A DNA stretch of 64,000 bases, taken from Armatimonadota bacterium. GTDB lineage: Bacteria; Armatimonadota; Fimbriimonadia; Fimbriimonadales; GBS-DC. The stretch spans positions 112,930 to 176,929 of the forward strand of contig JBBIML010000010.1 in assembly GCA_037444405.1 (NCBI GenBank). Reading direction: 5' to 3'. The translations under genes and the position numbers were made by a program. Shown here in pieces: positions 10,628 through 20,548 of the stretch (position 1 is its first letter; every line of letters starts with the position of its first letter). The notes under the pieces are model-generated. The model ran no database searches. It was not told where the DNA came from and worked only from the letters and a program-made list of their open reading frames with translations.

Positions 10628-11956
10628 ATGCGCAAGCCGGATTGGTCTGCATTAATCGAGCGTGTACGACAGCTGGATGCGGTTCGCATTCATGGGCGTG
10701 TGGTGGGCGCCGCTGGCTTGTTGATTGAGTCGCAGGGACCGCCTGCGCGATTGGGCGAGCTGTGCGCCGTCGCGCGCGGGCGCAACGCCGAGCCGCTGCT
10801 AACGGAGGTGGTCGGTTTTCGCGGGGGCAACCTGCTGTTGACGCCGCTGGGCGAGCTGACGGGCGTCTCTGCAGGCAGTGAGGTGATCCCACTGCGGCGG
10901 CAGGCGTCGGTGGCGGTTGGCGAGGCGTTGCTGGGGCGCGTGCTGGACGGGACGGGCAACCCCATCGATGGCAAACCATTGCCGCCTCTGCCCCAGCGAT
11001 ACCCGCTCTATCGGGACGCGCCCACCGCGCTGGAGCGCCCGCCCCTGCGCGAGCCGCTCCCGTGCGGAATTCGTGCCATCGACGCCATGCTCACCTGTGC
11101 ACGGGGGCAGCGCATCGGCATCTTCGCAGGCAGCGGTGTCGGCAAAAGCACCCTGCTCGGCATGATCGCCCGCAACGCGACCGCCGATGTGAATGTGATT
11201 GCGCTGATTGGCGAGCGCGGACGCGAAGTGCGCGAGTTCATCGAGCAGAGTCTGGGCGAGCAGGGGCTACAGCACTCCGTGCTGGTGGTCGCGACCTCTG
11301 ACCAGCCCGCGATCGTGCGTCAGCGTGCCGCGTTCGTCGCGACGGCGATTGCCGAATATTTCCGCGACACAGGGCGCGCGGTGCTGCTCATGATGGACTC
11401 GCTCACGCGGCTGGCGATGGCACAGCGCGAGATCGGGCTGGCGGCGGGCGAGCCGCCCTCCGCGCGCGGCTACACACCTTCCGTGTTCGCGCTGATGCCG
11501 CGCCTGCTCGAACGCGCGGGCACAAGCCCCACCGGCAGCATCACCGCCTTCTACACCGTGCTGGTCGACGCCGACGATCTGAACGACCCCATCGCCGACA
11601 CCGCCCGCGCCATTCTGGATGGGCATATCGTGCTGTCGCGCGCGCTCACCCAGCAGGGGCACTACCCGCCGATTGATGTCCTCTCCAGTCTCTCGCGCGT
11701 GATGCCGAATATCGTTCGGCAGGAGCATCTGCAGGCAGCGAACCGCCTGCGCCAGATATTGAGCGCGTATCGCGACGCCGAAGATTTGATCCTTATCGGC
11801 GCGTATCAGCAGGGGATGAACCCGCTGGTGGACTTCGCGATTGAGAATCGGGAGCGTATCCAGCGCTTTCTCCAGCAGGCACTGGACGAACACGCGCCCT
11901 TTGAGCAGACCGTCCAGCAGCTGCAGGCAATCGCTGAGGATTCGATGAGGGCATAA
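10628..11956 (+). CDS. fliI: Flagellar export ATPase FliI
   Basis: GIFAGSGVGKSTLLGM, IGERGREV, DSLTRLAMAQRE, LDGHIVLSR. Confidence 0.95.
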   Translation: MRKPDWSALIERVRQLDAVRIHGRVVGAAGLLIESQGPPARLGELCAVARGRNAEPLLTEVVGFRGGNLLLTPLGELTGVSAGSEVIPLRRQASVAVGEALLGRVLDGTGNPIDGKPLPPLPQRYPLYRDAPTALERPPLREPLPCGIRAIDAMLTCARGQRIGIFAGSGVGKSTLLGMIARNATADVNVIALIGERGREVREFIEQSLGEQGLQHSVLVVATSDQPAIVRQRAAFVATAIAEYFRDTGRAVLLMMDSLTRLAMAQREIGLAAGEPPSARGYTPSVFALMPRLLERAGTSPTGSITAFYTVLVDADDLNDPIADTARAILDGHIVLSRALTQQGHYPPIDVLSSLSRVMPNIVRQEHLQAANRLRQILSAYRDAEDLILIGAYQQGMNPLVDFAIENRERIQRFLQQALDEHAPFEQTVQQLQAIAEDSMRA

Positions 11957-12030
11957 GACAACTGTGAGCCTGTACGGGCGCAGTTCCTGCGCCCAACTCA
12001 CCCGGACGCGATGGGGAGCATAAGACAGCC

Positions 12031-12495
12031 ATGAGACGATTTCGGTTCCGACTGGAGCGGGTCTTGCAGTATCGGCAGACGCAGGAGGAGATGGCGCTGC
12101 GGGCGTTGCGCACGGCTATCCAGCGGCGACAGGAGCTGGAGCGCGCGATGGAGCGCGTGCGCCAGCGCATCCAGCAACTCAGCCAGCTCGCGCTGGCGCC
12201 CGAGGAGTGGCTGCGCCGCGAGCAGGCAATCGGCGCGTTGCAGGCGCGACTGAACACGCTAAAAGAGACGCTGCCCCTGCTGATAGAGCAGGAACAGCAG
12301 GCGCGTGAGGCTTATCTTCAGGCGCGTCAGCGGCGCGAATCGCTCTCACGCCTGCGTGCGCGCGCACTCGACCATTTCCAGCAGGAGCTGAGCCGAATCT
12401 TACAGCGGGAGACGGACGAGGTGGTTGTCTATGCGTATCAGCGAAGCGTTCCAGCGGACCCTTCAGCGCGTTCAGGAGATACAGGCGCGGATTGA
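12031..12495 (+). CDS. fliJ: Flagellar export protein FliJ
   Basis: [13 protein letters not shown]-terminus, coiled coil, position after fliI. Confidence 0.8.
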   Translation: MRRFRFRLERVLQYRQTQEEMALRALRTAIQRRQELERAMERVRQRIQQLSQLALAPEEWLRREQAIGALQARLNTLKETLPLLIEQEQQAREAYLQARQRRESLSRLRARALDHFQQELSRILQRETDEVVVYAYQRSVPADPSARSGDTGAD

Positions 12496-12976
12496 GCAGC
12501 TGCGCGGGACGCCCCCCACGCCAGCGGCGAAGTTCCCCGACATGCCGGTGGCGCCCGTCGGTTTCCCTGAAGGGGGCACGCCGCCGCCCGGCATGCGCCT
12601 GATCAGTCCTGCGGTCGCCCGCTGGGAGCCTGTGGTCGCGCCCATCGCAGCAAAATACGGCATCGAGACCGAATGGGTGCTGCGCATCATTGAAGCCGAG
12701 TCGGGCGGCAACCCGAACGCGGTCTCGCCTAAAGGCGCGATCGGATTGATGCAGTTGATGCCCGCCACGGCGCGGGCGCTCGGCGTCCAGAACCCCTACG
12801 ATCCCGTGCAGAACATCGAGGGCGGCGTGCGCTATCTGCGCCACCTGCTGGATCGCTTTGGCGACCTGCGCCTGGCGTTAGCCGCCTATAATGCGGGTCC
12901 GGGCGCGGTGGAGCGCTACGGCGGCGTGCCGCCCTACCCTGAAACCCAGCGGTATATTCGGCGCATTCTGGGCTAA
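12431..12976 (+). CDS. Lytic transglycosylase (SLT domain)
   Basis: [35 protein letters not shown]. Confidence 0.93.
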   Translation: MRISEAFQRTLQRVQEIQARIEQLRGTPPTPAAKFPDMPVAPVGFPEGGTPPPGMRLISPAVARWEPVVAPIAAKYGIETEWVLRIIEAESGGNPNAVSPKGAIGLMQLMPATARALGVQNPYDPVQNIEGGVRYLRHLLDRFGDLRLALAAYNAGPGAVERYGGVPPYPETQRYIRRILG

Positions 12977-13248
12977 CCGCCCCAGCGAAAATAGCGATAC
13001 ATCACATAGAGCAGGTACAACCCACTCACAAACGCCAGCGTGAACACGCCGATCAGCCAGCGAGCGTTATCCGCAAAGAGCAAGCTGAACAGCAGCACAA
13101 AGTAGAGCAGGGCAGTGACGCCCATCGTGGTGAACAGCTGGCGCGAGTAAGGGTTGGGCGGGCGTACCGTGTTGTGGCACACGGGGCACTCTGTAGTTTC
13201 TGGCGCATCGGCGCCCAGTTCCGCCCCACAGTATGGACAGGCGCGCAT
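12973..13248 (-). CDS. Small zinc-ribbon membrane protein
   Basis: CPYC...CPVC followed by two hydrophobic helices. Confidence 0.65.
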   Translation of the reverse strand: MRACPYCGAELGADAPETTECPVCHNTVRPPNPYSRQLFTTMGVTALLYFVLLFSLLFADNARWLIGVFTLAFVSGLYLLYVMYRYFRWGG

Positions 13249-13267
13249 CGAAGCCGACTCCTTCACC

Positions 13268-14119
13268 TTATGGCCAGTCGTGGTACACCTCGGCGATTTC
13301 GCGTGTGAGCGGGCGGGCGCGCTCCTCGATGGCTCGCCGCTGCTCCTCGCTGAGCGGCTTGAACTCGCAGGCTGCCTGCACCAGCTGACGCAGTTGCTCA
13401 CGGCTGCCCGGCACAATCACCGCCGTGTGAACCGGATAACTGAGCGCGTAGTTGAACGCCTCCTGCACGCTCAGGCGGTTCGCGCCGACCAGCCGCCCGA
13501 TACCCATCACCTTCATCACCGCGAGACCCACCCTGTACTTCTGCGCCGCGGGCAGAAAATGGCGAATGAACGATCGCGCATGGTGGGCTTCCGTCGGATT
13601 GAGCGGGAACAGCACCATATCGAAGGGGAACCGCTCCAGCATCTGGATCAGCACCTGTGGGTCGTTGTGCCCCGACACGCCGAGGAAGCGCACCGTCTTC
13701 TGCTGTTTCGCCTTCTCGAAGGCGCGGATCGCGCCGTTGCTGGCGAACAGCCGCTCCACATCCGTCGGGTAGGACACATGGTGGACAATCCACTGGTCGA
13801 GGCGGTCGGTGCGCAGGCGTTTGAGGCTGTTTTCGAGGTCGCGCATGGCGCCGTCGTAGTCGCGCTTGTCGCTCTTGGTGCTGAGGTAAACGCGCTCGCG
13901 CCGTCCCTGGATTGCCTCTCCGAAGATGTCCTCACTGGCGCGATAGACGGTCGCCGTGTCCAGATAGTAGATACCCGCTTCGATGGCGTCCTGAATAATC
14001 GCGATAGCCTCTTTGCGGTTGTTGGGGTCTGCCAGCGCCCATGCGCCGCCCAGCGACAGGATGGGCATCTGCACGCCCGTCCTGCCAAAAGCCCGTTTCG
14101 GGATGGCTTTCTGGGTCAT
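13268..14119 (-). CDS. Aldo/keto reductase
   Basis: DTATVY, LSTK, SLKRLRTDRLD, GVSGH. Confidence 0.9.
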   Translation of the reverse strand: MTQKAIPKRAFGRTGVQMPILSLGGAWALADPNNRKEAIAIIQDAIEAGIYYLDTATVYRASEDIFGEAIQGRRERVYLSTKSDKRDYDGAMRDLENSLKRLRTDRLDQWIVHHVSYPTDVERLFASNGAIRAFEKAKQQKTVRFLGVSGHNDPQVLIQMLERFPFDMVLFPLNPTEAHHARSFIRHFLPAAQKYRVGLAVMKVMGIGRLVGANRLSVQEAFNYALSYPVHTAVIVPGSREQLRQLVQAACEFKPLSEEQRRAIEERARPLTREIAEVYHDWP

Positions 14120-15489
14120 TTCGATTCACCCTCTCGCAGCGATTTGCCATGCTCAATCTGCTTCCAGTAAGTTTCGAAGTCGAAGCCGGGGCTGTGGGCA
14201 GGCACATGGCACTGCATGCAGGATTGTGAGCCAGCCTTGCCCAGCTTATTGTTGAGCGGGTCCTGCACATGCTTGCGGGCGGGACCATGGCAGCTCTCGC
14301 AGCCGACATCTTTGAGCTGAGGCGTCTTTTCGAGGCTGACGAAGCCGCCCTCGAACTCCAGCCCAACCACATGGCAGACGACGCATTCGGGGTCTTTGTG
14401 GTGCTTCTCGTCGATAAGGGTCTGCATCGCCTTAGCGTGTTTGCTGCGCTCCCAGATTCGGTAGTCTTCGGCGTGGCAGGGTCGGCAGGCACGGCTACCC
14501 GCGAAGGTGTCGCCGTTGAGCGTGGGTCGGCGCGGCAGCTGGGTGAGCAGCCCTTCGGCATCGACCCGCGCCAGATAGCCCAGTTTGATTTGCAGCTGGT
14601 CGGGGTCGTCTTTATAGTCTTCAGTCAGGCGGATGTGATCGATTCGGACGATTGAGGGGTTCAGATACGCCAGTCCGACGAACTTGGCGTCGTTGCCGCT
14701 GAACACGAGGCGGGTGCGTCCGATCTGTCGGGGCGGGGTTGGTCCGTCGCCGTTATGCGCATAGACGATGAGGTCGAAATAGGGGTGTCGCTCGGCAATT
14801 TGCTGGGCTTCCTGCAGGCTGCCGTGCCAGAGCAGGATGCGCAGCTCGCCCGCTGTGCTGATTTGCTCGCGCAGCTCGTTCAGCTGTTGCATGGCGGGGC
14901 GCACCTGCAGGTCGGGGTTGCGCTCGCGAATTGCGCTCGCGTATTGCTCGGAGATCAGCCCCACAATCAGAACCTTCACTCTGCGTCCCGTGTGGGGCTT
15001 CTCCACCAGTGTGAACGCCTCGAACAGGGGTTGTCCCGCGCCATCCAGCACATTGCCGCACAGCAGCTTGCCTTTGAACTGTTGCTGGAGCGCCTGCAGG
15101 TAGGGCAGTCCGAGCTTGAAGTCGTACTCGCCGAGGTTGAGTGCGTCGTAGCCCATCGCGTTCAGCATGTCGATAAGCGTTTCCGCCTTGAGTTCGTCCT
15201 GTCGCCCGCCCGCTTTGGTCAGGTCGCCGTTTTCGAGGGCGAGCAGATTATGCTCTTTAGCGAGCTGTTTGAGCAGGGTGGCACGGCGCGGGATGCCACC
15301 CACCATCGGCTTGCTACAGCCGCAGGGGGTCAGGTAGCCGTTGATCTCGGAGCCAAACACTATCAGGAGCGGCTTCTCGTCGGAGGGGGCAAGCGCATGG
15401 TTAGGAGGGTGCGCCGCTGGGCGCTCGGATAGCGTCAGCAGCACAAGCAGTCCCAGCGGCGGCAACAGCCAGAGCCACAACGCCCGCAT
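14116..15489 (-). CDS. UshA/metallophosphoesterase-like domain fused to a tetraheme cytochrome c554-like domain
   Basis: Signal peptide; GYLTPCGC; ENGD and NLGEYD; four CxxCH motifs (CRPCH, CVVCH, CESCH, CMQCH). Confidence 0.85.
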   Translation of the reverse strand: MRALWLWLLPPLGLLVLLTLSERPAAHPPNHALAPSDEKPLLIVFGSEINGYLTPCGCSKPMVGGIPRRATLLKQLAKEHNLLALENGDLTKAGGRQDELKAETLIDMLNAMGYDALNLGEYDFKLGLPYLQALQQQFKGKLLCGNVLDGAGQPLFEAFTLVEKPHTGRRVKVLIVGLISEQYASAIRERNPDLQVRPAMQQLNELREQISTAGELRILLWHGSLQEAQQIAERHPYFDLIVYAHNGDGPTPPRQIGRTRLVFSGNDAKFVGLAYLNPSIVRIDHIRLTEDYKDDPDQLQIKLGYLARVDAEGLLTQLPRRPTLNGDTFAGSRACRPCHAEDYRIWERSKHAKAMQTLIDEKHHKDPECVVCHVVGLEFEGGFVSLEKTPQLKDVGCESCHGPARKHVQDPLNNKLGKAGSQSCMQCHVPAHSPGFDFETYWKQIEHGKSLREGESK

Positions 15490-17123
15490 TACGAACCTCC
15501 CGCAACCACATTTGCCGTGAGCGTGATCTGGATGCTGGATTGCTGGGGATCGTCGGTCTCGATGGTGATTTTACGCTGAGACAGCCCTGCAGGCCAGCCG
15601 CCCTTGTAGCGAATGACCAGACGGTGCTGTTTGCCGTCCTGCAGCGATTCGTGGTTCACCTCGATGGCGGGGTCATCCGCGCTGATTTTGCGAATCTGGA
15701 AGCCCTTATCGCGTCGCGCGAGGGTGACCACGCGCTCGATGGGCAGCTGGGTCTGCGGCGTGATGACCCCGAAGAACACGGTGGTGGGCGTCACGATAAT
15801 GCCCTTCTCGCACGCCACCGTGATGTTCACCTGCGGTGTGCGCTGGGAGCTGGTGCGTACGGTCACGAAGAAGTTGCTGCGTCCTGCGGGCGCGTCGGGG
15901 TTGACAGTGATGACAACTTTCTGGTGCTTCTCATCGATGCGCTGTGCCTCCGCTTTCGCGAACGGCACGCTGGTGGTCACCTGCTGAATCTCCAGCGGCT
16001 CGTCAGTGTTGGACACAATCTCCACTTCCTGGGTGGTAGGTTCACCCTCTTTGAGGGCGAGAGTGAGCGTATCGCTGGGGCGCACTTCGAAGGCGGTTTT
16101 GATGTTGGCGGTCAGGCGCAGGGTCAAGCTCGGCTGGTCGGGGTCGTTGGTGGTAACCTGAATGGTTTTGATTTGTGCCCCGCGGAAGCCGGCGGAGCGC
16201 AGCTCGGCTTCGATCACACCCTCTTTTTTCGGCTCAATCACCCTATCGTAGTGGGGTGTGACGCAGCCGCAGCTGGGTTGCGCGGTGATCTGGAGCGGCG
16301 CATCGCCCTCGTTGCGCACCTTGAAGGTGAACTTGACCGTATCGCCCTGCACGATGTCGCCGAAGTCGTGTTCCATCGGCTCAATCACGATTTTGGGTTT
16401 GGGCAGATAGACCGCAACGCGCCGACTGGCGTAATCGATTAGCTGGCGTCGGATTTGCATCAGGTTGCGGGCGCGTTCCACCTCTTCCGGAGTGGGCGCT
16501 GTGGGCAACTGCTCACTGTTCCACACAGGTCCCATAATCTCGGTGTCTTTCTGCGATTCTGCCAGCCCCAGATAGGTGCCGATTGCCTGCCCGACCAGAT
16601 GGGCGACGGATTTCGTTGTCTGGGGCATCTCGGTGTAGGGCATGTAGGTGGCGATTCGGGCGCGCACGCGGCGCTTCTCGCCCTTCTGCGGGGGCAGCAT
16701 CAGGCGAGCCTTGCCATGCATCAGGCGGAACTGACCCGCCGTGATCTCCGCCACATCTTCCTCAAACACAATCTGAATATCGGCATTCGCCTCGTCGTCT
16801 GTCCACTCCAGTCTGGGATTGCCGTTGAGAGCGGTGTTCCAGTTCTGTACCGCTTCGATAGCTGCCTGACGGAACGAATCGCGCAGATCGGGCGGGATAG
16901 TTGCCCAGCTGCCGTAGATACGGATCGTGGCGGGCACATCGATGCCCTTGAGCAGGTTGAGCGCGCCGTCGAAATCGGAGCGCGTGAGCAGGTTCGCTGC
17001 CTGATAAAGCTGATCGTTCTCGATTTTGACAGTGCCTTCAGGTGGTAGCGGCGCCTTCGGCGCGTTCTGGCTCCAGCCCGCACAGAGCAACATAAGTCCT
17101 GTCCAAAGCACGGCTCGTTTCAT
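15489..17123 (-). CDS. Exported protein: zincin-like N-terminal region plus DUF1573/Ig-like repeats
   Basis: HDFGDI...FKVRNEGDAPL..QPSCGC (DUF1573); matrixin-like AVQNWN...ADIQIVF with no HExxH. Confidence 0.75.
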   Translation of the reverse strand: MKRAVLWTGLMLLCAGWSQNAPKAPLPPEGTVKIENDQLYQAANLLTRSDFDGALNLLKGIDVPATIRIYGSWATIPPDLRDSFRQAAIEAVQNWNTALNGNPRLEWTDDEANADIQIVFEEDVAEITAGQFRLMHGKARLMLPPQKGEKRRVRARIATYMPYTEMPQTTKSVAHLVGQAIGTYLGLAESQKDTEIMGPVWNSEQLPTAPTPEEVERARNLMQIRRQLIDYASRRVAVYLPKPKIVIEPMEHDFGDIVQGDTVKFTFKVRNEGDAPLQITAQPSCGCVTPHYDRVIEPKKEGVIEAELRSAGFRGAQIKTIQVTTNDPDQPSLTLRLTANIKTAFEVRPSDTLTLALKEGEPTTQEVEIVSNTDEPLEIQQVTTSVPFAKAEAQRIDEKHQKVVITVNPDAPAGRSNFFVTVRTSSQRTPQVNITVACEKGIIVTPTTVFFGVITPQTQLPIERVVTLARRDKGFQIRKISADDPAIEVNHESLQDGKQHRLVIRYKGGWPAGLSQRKITIETDDPQQSSIQITLTANVVAGGS

Positions 17124-17208
17124 CGTTTTACACCTCCTGTTCTGACGCATGGGATGATACCCGACCTATATTATAGCCGATTTCGCCCAGCAGGTATACT
17201 GTTCGCCG

Positions 17209-18144
17209 TTGGGTCAGGCGACAGTTTCGAAAGCGGAGGCACCCAGCACGGGGCTTTTCTTGGTGCTGATCGGGTTGAATGTGCTGTGGGCGGGGGCGTA
17301 TCCTGCGGCGCGCCTGGTGATGGAGACCCACCGTGCCGAGTGGGTCGCCGCGTTCCGTTTTCTCGGCGCGGCGCTGGGGCTGGGCGCGCTGCTGCTTATT
17401 CCCGCGTTCCGTCGGACGCTGGCGAATCGCTTCCCGACACGCCCGCGCGACTTCGCCTTTGCAGCAGCGCTGGGCGCGTTTGGCGTCAGCAGCTGCTTTA
17501 TCTGCTACTTCTGGGGCGCGAAGCTCAGCACGGCGACCGAAGCCACGATCCTGGTGTCCACCGCGCCGCTGTTCTATGCGCTGCTGGCGCGCTGGTGGCT
17601 CAAAGAACCATTCCCACTCGGCAAGGTGCTGGGCATCGGCACAGGGCTGCTGGGCGCGTGGGTGATAGTGAACCGCGGGCTGATTTTGCAGGAGTTTTCA
17701 GGGGCGACGCTGGGCAACCTGCTGGTGCTGATGGGCGTGCTGATTGAGAGCGTCGATGTGGTGCTGGCGAAGTCGCTGGTGAATCGCTATTCGGGCGTCG
17801 CGGTGCTGTGGATCGAATCGCTGTTTGCAGGGGTTTCGCTGACCCTGATTGGGCTGCTGGTGGCGGGTGTGCCGCCGCTCGAACTGTCGGCTGTGCAGGC
17901 GTGGGCGCTTCTGTATCTGATCGGCGTCTGCACGGTATTCGCCTTCTCCATCTGGTTCTATCTGATGGAGCGGGCGCCGATTGGCGGGATGGGCGTGTCG
18001 ATTCTGGCGCAGACGCCCGCCGCTGCCCTGATTGGCTACTTCCTGCTGGGCGAGACGCTCCATCCGACCGTGTGGGTGGGCGCGGCGTTAATCATGAGCG
18101 GCATCTGGCTCACGCTGAGGGCGCCGGGCTTTCGCGGGCGGTGA
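17209..18144 (+). CDS. DMT/EamA family transporter
   Basis: About 10 hydrophobic helices; LKEP and LLGE motifs. Confidence 0.88.
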   Translation: MGQATVSKAEAPSTGLFLVLIGLNVLWAGAYPAARLVMETHRAEWVAAFRFLGAALGLGALLLIPAFRRTLANRFPTRPRDFAFAAALGAFGVSSCFICYFWGAKLSTATEATILVSTAPLFYALLARWWLKEPFPLGKVLGIGTGLLGAWVIVNRGLILQEFSGATLGNLLVLMGVLIESVDVVLAKSLVNRYSGVAVLWIESLFAGVSLTLIGLLVAGVPPLELSAVQAWALLYLIGVCTVFAFSIWFYLMERAPIGGMGVSILAQTPAAALIGYFLLGETLHPTVWVGAALIMSGIWLTLRAPGFRGR

Positions 18145-18146
18145 AG

Positions 18147-18189
18147 GTAGGGCGACGCATGTGATAGAGCGGTAGAGCGTTGCCCCTAC
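18147..18189. repeat. GTAG-type REP-like hairpin (family B)
   Basis: gtagggcgacgc...gcgttgcccctac between convergent genes; supplies the psuG stop codon. Confidence 0.6.
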
Positions 18190-19061
18190 CTCAGCAGGGC
18201 GGCGATCTGCCCGGCGAGGTGCGCGTTCGCAATCAGCAGGACGCGGTTCGCCTGCAGCGTGCGCCCCGCACTCAGTTCGCTCAGGCGCTGGAGCAGCCAG
18301 GGAGTCAGCTCGCCCCCACGAATGCCCTTCTGCCCGGCTTCCGCCTGCGCCTGCTGGAGCATCGCCTGCAGCTCGGCGGCATCGAGGGCGCTGTCGGCGG
18401 GCGGCGGCTGAACGAGCAACATGCCGCTCCCCAGCCCGGTTGCCCGATGGTGCAACCACAGCTCGGCTGCCTCTGAAGGGGTGTTAACCGTTGCGTCGAC
18501 GCGCAGCCCCGTGTGGCGCGTGTAGAAGCCGGGCATCTCGTCGGTGTTGTAGCCGACGACGGGCACGCCCAGCGTCTCCAGCATCTCGCGCGTGGCGGGC
18601 AGGTCTAAAATCGCCTTCGCGCCCGAACAGACCACCAGCATGGGCGTCCTGGCAAGCGTGAGCAGGTCCGCGCTCACATCCCAGCGTGTGTCACGATGCA
18701 CGCCGCCGATGCCGCCTGTTGCCATCACCTGCAACGCGGGCACACGCGCCGCAATCAGCAGGGTTGCCGACACGGTGGTTCCGCCCGTCCAGCCAAGCGC
18801 GATGGTTAGCGACAGGTTGTGGCGAGCGATTTTGCGGGCATTCTCCTCACGGGCGAGCCGCTCCAGCTCCTCACGGTTCAATCCCACAACGGGTGTGCCA
18901 TCCAGCACGCCGATGGTGGCAGGTGTCGCACCGGCCGAGCGCACCGCCGACTCCATCGCCAGCACGGTTTCGAGATTGACGGGGCGGGGCAGCCCGTGGG
19001 TCAGCACGGCGGTCTCCAGCGCGACCGCCCCTTTGCCCTCTACACGCACAGAAAGTTGCAT
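18186..19061 (-). CDS. psuG: Pseudouridine-5'-phosphate glycosidase
   Basis: VALETAVLTHGLP, TTVSAT, ATGGIGGVHR, DVSADL, GAKAILD. Confidence 0.93.
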   Translation of the reverse strand: MQLSVRVEGKGAVALETAVLTHGLPRPVNLETVLAMESAVRSAGATPATIGVLDGTPVVGLNREELERLAREENARKIARHNLSLTIALGWTGGTTVSATLLIAARVPALQVMATGGIGGVHRDTRWDVSADLLTLARTPMLVVCSGAKAILDLPATREMLETLGVPVVGYNTDEMPGFYTRHTGLRVDATVNTPSEAAELWLHHRATGLGSGMLLVQPPPADSALDAAELQAMLQQAQAEAGQKGIRGGELTPWLLQRLSELSAGRTLQANRVLLIANAHLAGQIAALLR

Positions 19062-19071
19062 GACAACGGCT

Positions 19072-20076
19072 CTACTGGCTGGCTTTGCTGATGGCGTCCA
19101 TCTCTTCGAGGGCGCGTCCGGTGCCTATCGCGACGCAGGAGAGCGGGTCTTCCGCCACATGCACGGGGATACCCGTCGCGCGGGAGAGCAGTTTATCGAT
19201 GCCGCGCAGCAGCGCGCCCCCACCCGTCAGCACGATCCCGCGCTCCACAATATCGGCTGCCAGTTCGGGAGGGGTCTCTTCCAGCACGGAGCGCACCTTC
19301 TCCACAATCTGGTTCACTGGCTCGGCGAGCGCGGCGCGAATCTCTTCGGAATGAACCGTGATGGTGCGGGGTAAGCCTTCCACCAGGTCGCGCCCGCGCA
19401 CCTCCATCGTCAGCTCCGGCTCCAGCGGATAGGCAGAGCCAATTCGGATTTTAATCTCTTCGGCGGTACGCTCGCCAATCATTAAGTTGTAAGTGGTGCG
19501 CACATGGCGCATAATGGCTTCGTCCATCTTGTTGCCCGCCACGCGCAGGCTGCGACTGATGACGATCCCTCCCAGCGAGATGACGGCAATATCGGTGGTG
19601 CCGCCGCCGATATCGACCACCATGTTGCCGCCGGGCTGGCTGATAGGTAGTCCTGCGCCGATAGCGGCTGCCATCGGCTCTTCAATCAAGTGAACCTCGC
19701 CTGCGCCCGCTTCGCGGGCTGCCTGAATGACGGCGCGACGCTCCACATCGGTGACGCCGGAGGGCACGCACACCAGCACGCGCGGGCTGAACAGCCGCCG
19801 CCTGCCCAGCACCTTGTTGAACACATACTCCAGCATTTTGAGCGTGATGGTGTAGTCGGCAATCACGCCGTTATTGAGCGGGCGCACGGCAGTGATGTTG
19901 CCTGGCGTGCGCCCCAGCATCAGGCGCGCCTCCTCGCCAACCGCCAGCACCTGCCCCGATGGACGGGCAATCGCCACCACCGACGGCTCGCGTAGCACGA
20001 TGCCCCGACCCCGCTGATAGACCAGCAGGTTCGCCGTGCCCAGATCGATGCCCAGCTCCGGATGTAGCCTCAGCAT
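19072..20076 (-). CDS. mreB: Rod shape-determining protein MreB
   Basis: [40 protein letters not shown]. Confidence 0.95.
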   Translation of the reverse strand: MLRLHPELGIDLGTANLLVYQRGRGIVLREPSVVAIARPSGQVLAVGEEARLMLGRTPGNITAVRPLNNGVIADYTITLKMLEYVFNKVLGRRRLFSPRVLVCVPSGVTDVERRAVIQAAREAGAGEVHLIEEPMAAAIGAGLPISQPGGNMVVDIGGGTTDIAVISLGGIVISRSLRVAGNKMDEAIMRHVRTTYNLMIGERTAEEIKIRIGSAYPLEPELTMEVRGRDLVEGLPRTITVHSEEIRAALAEPVNQIVEKVRSVLEETPPELAADIVERGIVLTGGGALLRGIDKLLSRATGIPVHVAEDPLSCVAIGTGRALEEMDAISKASQ

Positions 20077-20223
20077 AACAGATTAGCTCTCGATTCAATC
20101 CCGACAATCGCGCCTCACAAGTATACCCTCCACAGGTCCGGGTGAGAGGACAGGAAAAGGTATTCTATAAGCGGCACAGCAAGCGATTCTAACGGCTTGC
20201 CTGCCGACAGGAGGGAGGCATAT

Positions 20224-20535
20224 ATGGCGACTTTGAAAGACCTGCTGGAGCAGAGTGTGTTGATGGGGCTGGGCGCGGTCGCGCTCACCCGTGAAACCGC
20301 GCAGAAGATGGTGGACGACATGATCAAGCGCGGGCAGGCGCAACGCGAGGAGGCGTCCGAGCTGGTGGATAAGCTGGTCAAGCGGGGCGAACAGCAGCGC
20401 GACGCCCTGCGCAAACTGGTGCGCACCGAGGTGGAGGACGCGCTCAAGGCGCTCAATCTGCCCACGCGTGACGACCTGCAAGCCATCGAGAGGCGATTGG
20501 ACGCCATCCTGCAGCGGCTGGAGAGTCAGCAGTAG
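20224..20535 (+). CDS. Phasin-family (PHA granule-associated-like) protein
   Basis: LMGLGAVALTRE...LVKRGE...LNLPTRDD; adjacent to an ABC1 kinase gene. Confidence 0.8.
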   Translation: MATLKDLLEQSVLMGLGAVALTRETAQKMVDDMIKRGQAQREEASELVDKLVKRGEQQRDALRKLVRTEVEDALKALNLPTRDDLQAIERRLDAILQRLESQQ

Positions 20536-20548
20536 GTTCTGAACATCC

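Noticed and set aside
9887..12495. Non-flagellar type III secretion system
   Set aside because: The FliJ-like gene, flgM and a sigma28 promoter in the window favour a flagellar assignment; no injectisome genes are present.
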